Both the position numbers and the translations under genes were made by a program. The notes beneath the pieces were generated by a model. That model ran no database searches. It saw only the letters and a program-made list of their open reading frames with translations, and was not told the origin of the DNA. Shown piece by piece: positions 7,272-12,436 of a stretch of 12,436 nt of DNA (position 1 is the first letter of the stretch; every line of letters begins with the position of its first letter). This DNA comes from an uncultured Gemmatimonadales bacterium (lineage in GTDB: Bacteria; Gemmatimonadota; Gemmatimonadetes; Longimicrobiales; Gaopeijiaceae). Location: positions 1 to 12,436 of the forward strand of contig CAWELD010000007.1 in the NCBI GenBank assembly GCA_963809895.1, in the 5' to 3' direction.

Positions 7272-9623
7272 ATGAAGGGGGGCCAGGGGATCCGACCCAA
7301 GCTGAGTGTCTCATTGCGGCCCCGGTGGTCGCGCTCGCCCTGCGGGGTGCGACTCGATGCCGAAGCTCTGGTAATTGATGCTCGGGCAGAGAGGTGGTTG
7401 GAACCGTGCAGAGCGCGCAGTTGTCCCCGCTGGGTGGAGAGATCTCTCTTCGCCCGGACCCGACGGGCAACTGCCCAGCCAGCGAAAGCCAGAGTACCTC
7501 GGATGCGCCCCCGGTCGTCGCGCCAGTCGAGCCGGACGGCTCGTTCGTAGCGACCATATTGGTCGACTACACGGCTGGGAACACGCCGCCGCCGAAACGA
7601 TCTGCGTGCATGTCGCAGTGTTCCTGGAGCAGGACGAGGAGGTACCGGATTCCGTCTTCAGTGCTGGGCCCTGGACACTCGGTTCAGCGGGGAGTCCACC
7701 TACCGAGTCTCTCTCGATCGTGTTCTGAACGCTCACGCCGCCTACTCCGCCCTCAGCGACTCCGACGGATCCATCGCCGACACCCGGCGTGCGGGGAGCC
7801 AGCTCGCCACGAGCACGACCGCGAGGAGCAACGCTGCGCCGCCCGCGAAGGTGACCGGATCCCGGGGACTGGTCTGGTAGAGGAAGGCCTCGAGGATCCT
7901 GGACGTGGCCCACGCGCCCCCGAGCCCGAGCGCAATCCCCGGTACCACGCTCACGAGGCTGCGGCGCACCACCATGCGCACGACCCGCGCGGCATCGGAG
8001 CCCAGGGCCATGCGGAGCCCCAGCTCGCGGCGGCGGTCGGCCACGGCGTAGGCGACGATGCCCCAGGTGCCGGTGGCGGCCAGGAGCACGGTCACGGCAG
8101 CGAACAGCGCCAACAGGGCGAGCACGACCCGCCGGTCTCCGGTCACCGAGGCGCGCTCGTCGGCCATGGTGGTCACCCCGAAGATGGCCAGGTCGGGGGC
8201 CATGGACCCGAGGGCCTCCCGGATCGCCGGAAGCAGCGACGTGGGATCGTCGCCGGCGGTGCGGACGATGACCGTGGCGTTGGGGTCCGCGAACTCGCGG
8301 AACGAGTAGTAGGCCTCGGGGATCGGGTCCTCGTCGGGGCCGTTGTAGAGCACGTTGCCCACCACGCCGACGATCTCCACCCAGGGGTCCTTGCCGTCGT
8401 CGGTGACACCGATCCTGATGCGCCGGCCGACGGGGTCCTCGCCGGGGAAGTAGCGCTCGGCCGCCAGTTGGCTGATCACCATGGTGGTGTGGGCATCGGT
8501 CCCGTCCCGGGCGTCCAGGGCACGTCCTCTCAGCACGGGAATCCCCAGGGTCTTGAAGTGGGTGTCTCCGACCAGGTTCACGCCGATGGGCCGGGACTCA
8601 TCGGGGGGAAGCTCCGGGTCACCCTCGATCCCCTCTACGCTGGTGGTGACCCACTGCCCGGCCAGGGGCGGTGTGCCGACGGTCACACCCTCGACGCCGC
8701 CCAACGAGGCCACGCGCTCCATGAACGCTTCGTGGAACGGCTGCGGCGTCGACCAGCGCGCGTCGGTGCGGGGGATGGCGTACTGGAAGATGAGCAGGTT
8801 GGAGGCGGAGAAGCCCTCGTCCACGTCCAGCAGACGCTTCATGCTCCCGCCTACCAGCCCGGCACCGACGACCAGCATGAGGGCCAGGGCGACCTGCGCC
8901 CCGACCAGCGCTCCGCGTCCATCCAGGCCCAAGAGGCGCCGGCGCCGGCCGCCACCCCCTCGCCGCCCGTCCTTGAGGTGCGCGACCACGTCACCCCGGG
9001 CTGCCAGCAGCGCCGGAGCCAGGCCGAACACCAACGCGGTGACAAGGCTCACCAGCACCGCGAACCCCACGGCGACGGGATCGAGGCCCAGGGCCCCGGG
9101 ATCCATGGCCCGCATCTCACCGTCGCCGGCCACGACGAAGCGCGCAGGCCAGGCGGCGGCCATGGCGCGGGTCCCCCAGATCGCCACCAGCACCCCCACG
9201 CCGCCCCCGACCAGCGCCAGCAGAGCGCTCTCCGTCAGGGCCGCCCGCACCAGGCGCCATCGCGACGCGCCCACCGCCAGCCGCACCGCGCCGTTCCGGG
9301 CACGCCGCTTGGCCCGCGCCAGCAGCAGGCCGGACAGGTTGGCGCACGCGACGAGGAGCACCAGGGCGGCCGCTGCGGCGAGGAGCCGGACCGCCGCCCG
9401 GGCCCCCGCGTTGGTGTGGACCTCGGCGAAGCGCCGGAGCCCGCCGCCGTAGCGTGACGCGGCATCCCCCGTGGGATGCGCTTCGTCCACGGCCTGTCCG
9501 ATGGCGGCCATCTGGGCCGAGGCCGCCTCGAACGTTGCGCCTGGATGGAGTCGTCCCACGACGTGGAGCCAGTGGGCCTGGGCGCCCGCTACCAGGAAGC
9601 GGGCGAAGAGGACGCCGCCGGTG
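7268..9623. repeat. Tandem duplication unit, copy 2
   Basis: Direct repeat of 4911-7271. The junctions share GG[C/T]G (4911-4914, 7268-7271, 9620-9623). Confidence 0.95.
7272..7728 (+). pseudogene. Degenerate, frameshifted copy of the 4930-5376 lipoprotein gene
   Basis: The protein is split over three track ORFs (7124-7378 'AECLIAAPVVALAL', 7394- 'VGTVQSAQLSPLGGEISL...', 7375-7728 'TICVHVAVFLEQDEEVPDS...IVF'). The GTG start is mutated to GGG and there are several indels (net -5 nt). Confidence 0.85.
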
Positions 9624-9628
9624 GCCAT
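7742..9628 (-). pseudogene. 5'-truncated ADOP/MacB-FtsX duplicated ABC permease, copy 2 (could be translated from ATG 9628)
   Basis: Differs from copy 1 at 10 nt (3 amino acids). Only about 75 bp separate it from the divergent Arc gene, so there is no room for the missing N-terminal part. Confidence 0.8.
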
Positions 9629-9671
9629 CTTTTCCCGGGCTCTTGCACCACCCCGCACCGCCTGGCGAGAT

Positions 9672-9701
9672 TGGTTCCATAACGCAACCACTATGGCACC
9701 G
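9672..9701. promoter_or_regulatory. Putative RHH operator/promoter region of the Arc-PIN operon
   Basis: Phased related 7-mers GGTTCCA (9673), GCAACCA (9684) and GGCACCG (9695) at 11-bp spacing. Inverted repeat TGGTT...AACCA (9672-9690). A -10-like CACTAT (9689-9694) lies just before ATG 9703, with no obvious SD sequence. Confidence 0.45.
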
Positions 9702-9702
9702 T

Positions 9703-9945
9703 ATGTCGAACCTCACCCTCAAGGGCGTCCCCGAGCGCCTTCATGAGCAACTGCGCCGCGCCGCCGATGCCAATCGCCGGAGCCTCAACAGCGAGGTGAT
9801 CCACCGGTTGGAGAGCTCCTTCGGGCTCGCACCCCTGGATCCGGCCGAGCTCCTGGCGCGAGCGCGGGCCGTCCGCGAGCGGGCGCCGCTCCCCTACCTC
9901 ACGGACGCGGCATTGCGGGAGGCGCGGGAGCGGGGGCGCGAGTGA
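9703..9945 (+). CDS. Arc-family ribbon-helix-helix antitoxin (FitA/VapB-like)
   Basis: MSNLTLKGVPERLHEQLRRAADANRRSLNSEVIHRLE is a classic Arc/FitA RHH (RSLNSE motif). The stop overlaps the GTG of the PIN gene (GTGA). The track ORF from 9454 is over-extended. Confidence 0.9.
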   Translation: MSNLTLKGVPERLHEQLRRAADANRRSLNSEVIHRLESSFGLAPLDPAELLARARAVRERAPLPYLTDAALREARERGRE

Positions 9946-10349
9946 TCGTCGTCGATGTCAACGTGATCGCGTATCTGCTCATCGCCGGAGAGCACACGCC
10001 TGCGTGCGAGGCCTTGTACGCGCACGACCCCGATTGGGCTGCGCCCCTGCTGTGGCGGAGCGAATGGAGGAATGTGCTCGCCGGCTACCTTCGCAGGAGT
10101 GAGTTGGATCGGTCCGGGCTCGATGAGCGGATGGCGGCGGCGGAAGGTCTCGTGCGCGGACGCGAGTTCCTGGTGGAAGACCGTGTCGTGCTCGACCTGG
10201 TCGCCGCCTCTACATGCTCTGCCTACGACTGCGAATACGTGGCGCTGGCAGCGACGCTGGGCGTGCCGCTGGCCACCAGTGACCGGCAGATCCTGGCCGA
10301 CTTTCCAGGGCGGGCGGCGCGTCCCGAGGTGCTCGTCGAGCGCGGTTGA
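9942..10349 (+). CDS. vapC: PIN-domain ribonuclease toxin (VapC/FitB-like)
   Basis: N-terminal 'IVVDVNVI', central 'SEWRNVL' and C-terminal 'YDCEYVALA...LATSDRQI' provide the PIN acidic residues. 135 aa, coupled to the RHH gene. Confidence 0.92.
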   Translation: MIVVDVNVIAYLLIAGEHTPACEALYAHDPDWAAPLLWRSEWRNVLAGYLRRSELDRSGLDERMAAAEGLVRGREFLVEDRVVLDLVAASTCSAYDCEYVALAATLGVPLATSDRQILADFPGRAARPEVLVERG

Positions 10350-10391
10350 TCGTGGCCCGGGCTTGTCGAGGTGCGACCGAATAGCCCTTCC

Positions 10392-11631
10392 CTAGCGTCG
10401 CGCCACCCGACGCGCCCGGTACTCCACGGCCCGCCGGAGCTTGTGGATCACCCGCGCATCGAAGGGGAGCGTGTCCAGCTCGTCGAGCCATCCCGCCACG
10501 CGCTCGCACAGCTCATCCAGCGCCCTCTCCACTGCCCGAGTCCGGAGTCCCACTGCGGCGCCCAGCGCTACGAAGTCCGCTCGTCCGATGTCCTCGCGGT
10601 CCCGGCCGTTGAGGGACAGCGCCATGGTGGTGTCCCCGTACGGATAGGATGAGGGAAGGTCGTAGGCCGGGGTGACGCGCCATTCGCCTCGGGCGAGCCG
10701 GACGACGGAGAAGTTCTTCGCGTGGGCGTCGCCGTTGCACGACAGGTATGCGAACGCCAGTTGGCGCACGAGGGTGAGGGCCGCGACAGGCCTGGCTCGG
10801 CACACCGACGCCAGCGCATCGACGACCTCCTCGGTGCTCACGCGGTACTTGTCGGCAGGATACCGGCCGAGGACCTGGCACGCGTCCTCCTGGGCGAGCA
10901 TGCGGGGCCCGCCACCGGGTCGCCGCGCGGGCCTCCACGCGATCGAAGCGTCGCACGAGAAGGCCCAGGGCCCCTTCGGAGTCCCGTACCACCTCGGCCT
11001 CCGCGGTCTCGAGCCCCGACCGGCGCGCGGCCTCGATGAAGAACGCCTCGTTGGCGACGAGGTGCGGGAATTCCGGGGGATCGAGCTTCAGGAGGAAGCG
11101 GTCGTTCCGGCGTGCAACGGGCACACGGATCATCCGCGCCGAGACCTTGTCCTGGACGCCGGCCAACCCCACGCGGTCCACGGTATCCGGCGTGCCGCCC
11201 ACGGATGCCGCGAAGAGGTCGGCGAAGCGGACTTCGCTCCAGGCGTCGACGCTGACCCGGGGCTCCACCTCGCGGGGTTCTTCGCCTTCGGGCACGACCT
11301 GAACGTCTCCCACGGTATCACTGCCGACGGCCAGGAGGAGGGTGAACTCGTCGTCGGCCGAGGTCTTCACCGCCCTGCGGAGCGCCGTGAGGCGCCGACC
11401 CTCGGGCAGGAGCCCCGATAAGAACGGCGGGAGGGCGCCGGGCGCGTGGGTCACCACGGGCTCGGAGGAGGGCGGCAGCGTGGTGGCCACCGCCCCTCCT
11501 CCGGCCGCCAGGTAATCCGGCTCGTAGCTGAACACCACGGCATCCGCGCGCCGACGCAGTGTGGCCGCCTTCGCTCCCCCCTTCCAGACGTCCGCACGCT
11601 CGACCCGGCGCAGCTCGTCGAGGGGCCTCAT
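10392..11631 (-). pseudogene. hipA: HipA-family kinase toxin, interrupted by one frameshift near 10905-10935 (real or sequencing error)
   Basis: 5' frame: HipA N-domain 'VVFSYEPDYL...LPPFLSGLLPEG', P-loop-like 'LAGVQDKVS', 'FLLKL', 'NEAF' and 'LLVRRFDRV'. 3' frame: 'QEDACQVLG..ADKY', catalytic 'NGDAHAKNFS' and 'PAYDL'. The two frames differ by +1. Confidence 0.9.
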
Positions 11632-11960
11632 GCTTCCTCGCCCTGTCCGGTCTCGGCTTCGGGTGCCGCGACCATGCGGCCCCTCCCTGGAGCCACGACC
11701 AGGTCCAGTCCGAGGACCTCGAGGACATCGAGGACCTTGTCCATGCGCAGGGTCGGCTTGCCGTTCTCGACGGTGTGTACGAAGCGGACGGAGCAGCCCG
11801 CCAGGTCCGCAAGCTCGGACTGGTGAAGCCCCAGCTCCTGGCGCCGCGCCAGGACCGCCCGGGCAAGGGGGGCGGTTCGGGACTCCGCATACTCGGAGGC
11901 CGCCCGGGACTCCGCAGCCCCGGAGACGCCGTGGCTTCGGCTTGGGGTTTCCGTTGGCAA
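11628..11960 (-). CDS. hipB: HipB-like XRE helix-turn-helix antitoxin (y4mF-type)
   Basis: 'RRQELGLHQSELADLAGCSVRFVHTVENGKPTLRMDKVLDVLEVLGL'. The stop overlaps the hipA ATG (ATGA 11628-11631). The start is uncertain: in-frame TTG 11960, or ATG 11890 if there is an indel in the nearby G run (about 11867-11872). Confidence 0.85.
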   Translation of the reverse strand: MPTETPSRSHGVSGAAESRAASEYAESRTAPLARAVLARRQELGLHQSELADLAGCSVRFVHTVENGKPTLRMDKVLDVLEVLGLDLVVAPGRGRMVAAPEAETGQGEEA

Positions 11961-11980
11961 GTGATGACCCCGACGTGAAA

Positions 11981-12116
11981 TGAGCGTTCGTGCAGGTGTC
12001 TGCAATTTGGACGGTCTAGCGACTCTGTGCAAGCGTGGTCATGCACGATCATGCAAGTATTGGATGCTCTGCGGCCTTTGGCGGGAATCTGTGCCCACGA
12101 ATGGCACGATCGTGCA
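11981..12116. promoter_or_regulatory. Three putative HipB operator palindromes (consensus TGCACGATCGTGCA) at exact 61-bp spacing
   Basis: 11981-11994 TGAGCGTTCGTGCA; 12042-12055 TGCACGATCATGCA; 12103-12116 GGCACGATCGTGCA. The first lies directly downstream of a -35-like TTGCAG (minus strand, 12005-12000). Confidence 0.65.
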
Positions 12117-12177
12117 GGTGGCAGACCTCGCCACACGGAGAGGCGATGACGGCCGCTGACCGACCTTCCAGGTCGCC

Positions 12178-12350
12178 AACCCAGCACACCGCACCTCCGC
12201 CGCGCCGGTTTGCTGGATTGACCGGCCTGGCGGCGGTGGAGCCAGCGCGGAGCGATGGCCTCCCATACGGAATGCTGGCTTCGCCGGCTAGAGGGCAGTG
12301 ACCCGAGCACGGCGAGCCCGGACCGTCACGCGGTGCTGGATTGACCGGCC
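12178..12350. repeat. 17-bp direct repeat forming the 3' arm of two imperfect hairpins (REP-like)
   Basis: TGCTGGATTGACCGGCC at 12211-12227 and 12334-12350. Each is preceded by a partly complementary arm (AACCCAGCA 12178-12186; ACCCGAGCAC 12301-12310). Confidence 0.55.
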
Positions 12351-12436
12351 GGGGGGCCAGACGCGGGCGCAGGTCCAGCTCCGCCCCCTTCGTGCGCCGC
12401 CGCCATCTCTGCGCCGCCCGAGCGTTCTCTTGCTCA

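Noticed and set aside
4911..7728. Diversity-generating retroelement (template/variable repeat pair)
   Set aside because: The differences affect all four bases and include indels, the repeat is far longer than a TR/VR, and there is no reverse transcriptase in the window.
7394..9457. 687-aa plus-strand ORF, and the 323/329-aa ORFs at 6116-7105, 6129-7100 and 8481-9452
   Set aside because: Antisense shadow frames of the GC-rich permease. The 687-aa ORF is a piece of the broken lipoprotein frameshifted into that shadow frame.
4911..9623. Insertion-sequence or transposon-mediated duplication
   Set aside because: No transposase, terminal inverted repeats or target-site duplication; only a 4-bp microhomology at the junctions.
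11981..12116. Mini CRISPR array (61-bp period)
   Set aside because: The repeats are only ~14-18 bp and degenerate, there are no cas genes, and the position over a TA promoter fits operators better.
11318..12310. 330-aa minus-strand ORF and small ORFs around 12035-12301
   Set aside because: Arg/Pro/Ser-rich off-frame translation overlapping hipB, hipA and their operator region.
1770..12436. Integron cassette array (TA modules plus unrelated genes)
   Set aside because: Genes lie in mixed orientations, I found no convincing RYYYAAC...GTTRRRY attC sites in the intergenic gaps, and there is no integrase.

Overview
GC-rich bacterial DNA. The gene content (ADOP-type duplicated permeases, Ig-like and 6-bladed-propeller lipoproteins) suggests Gemmatimonadota or a similar lineage; this is inference only. 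From left to right: (1) the 5' end of an ADOP/MacB-type permease running off the left edge, missed by the ORF track; (2) a lipoprotein metzincin metalloprotease; (3) a 6-bladed beta-propeller lipoprotein; (4) an orphan 3' gene remnant; (5) a lower-GC module with its own promoter, encoding a lipid-anchored S1 serine protease and a small overlapping lipoprotein; (6) a ~2.36 kb tandem duplication carrying the lipoprotein and a 5'-truncated ADOP permease, in which copy 2 is heavily degraded next to the junction but almost identical further away; (7) two convergent type II toxin-antitoxin modules, Arc/RHH-PIN and HipB-like/HipA, with hipA frameshifted. Upstream of hipB are three related 14-bp palindromic sites spaced exactly 61 bp apart. 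I found no rRNA, tRNA, CRISPR array, transposase or integrase. The duplication and frameshifts could be long-read or assembly artefacts and need read-level checking. I cannot claim a new system from sequence alone. The best candidate is the protease plus partner-lipoprotein module.
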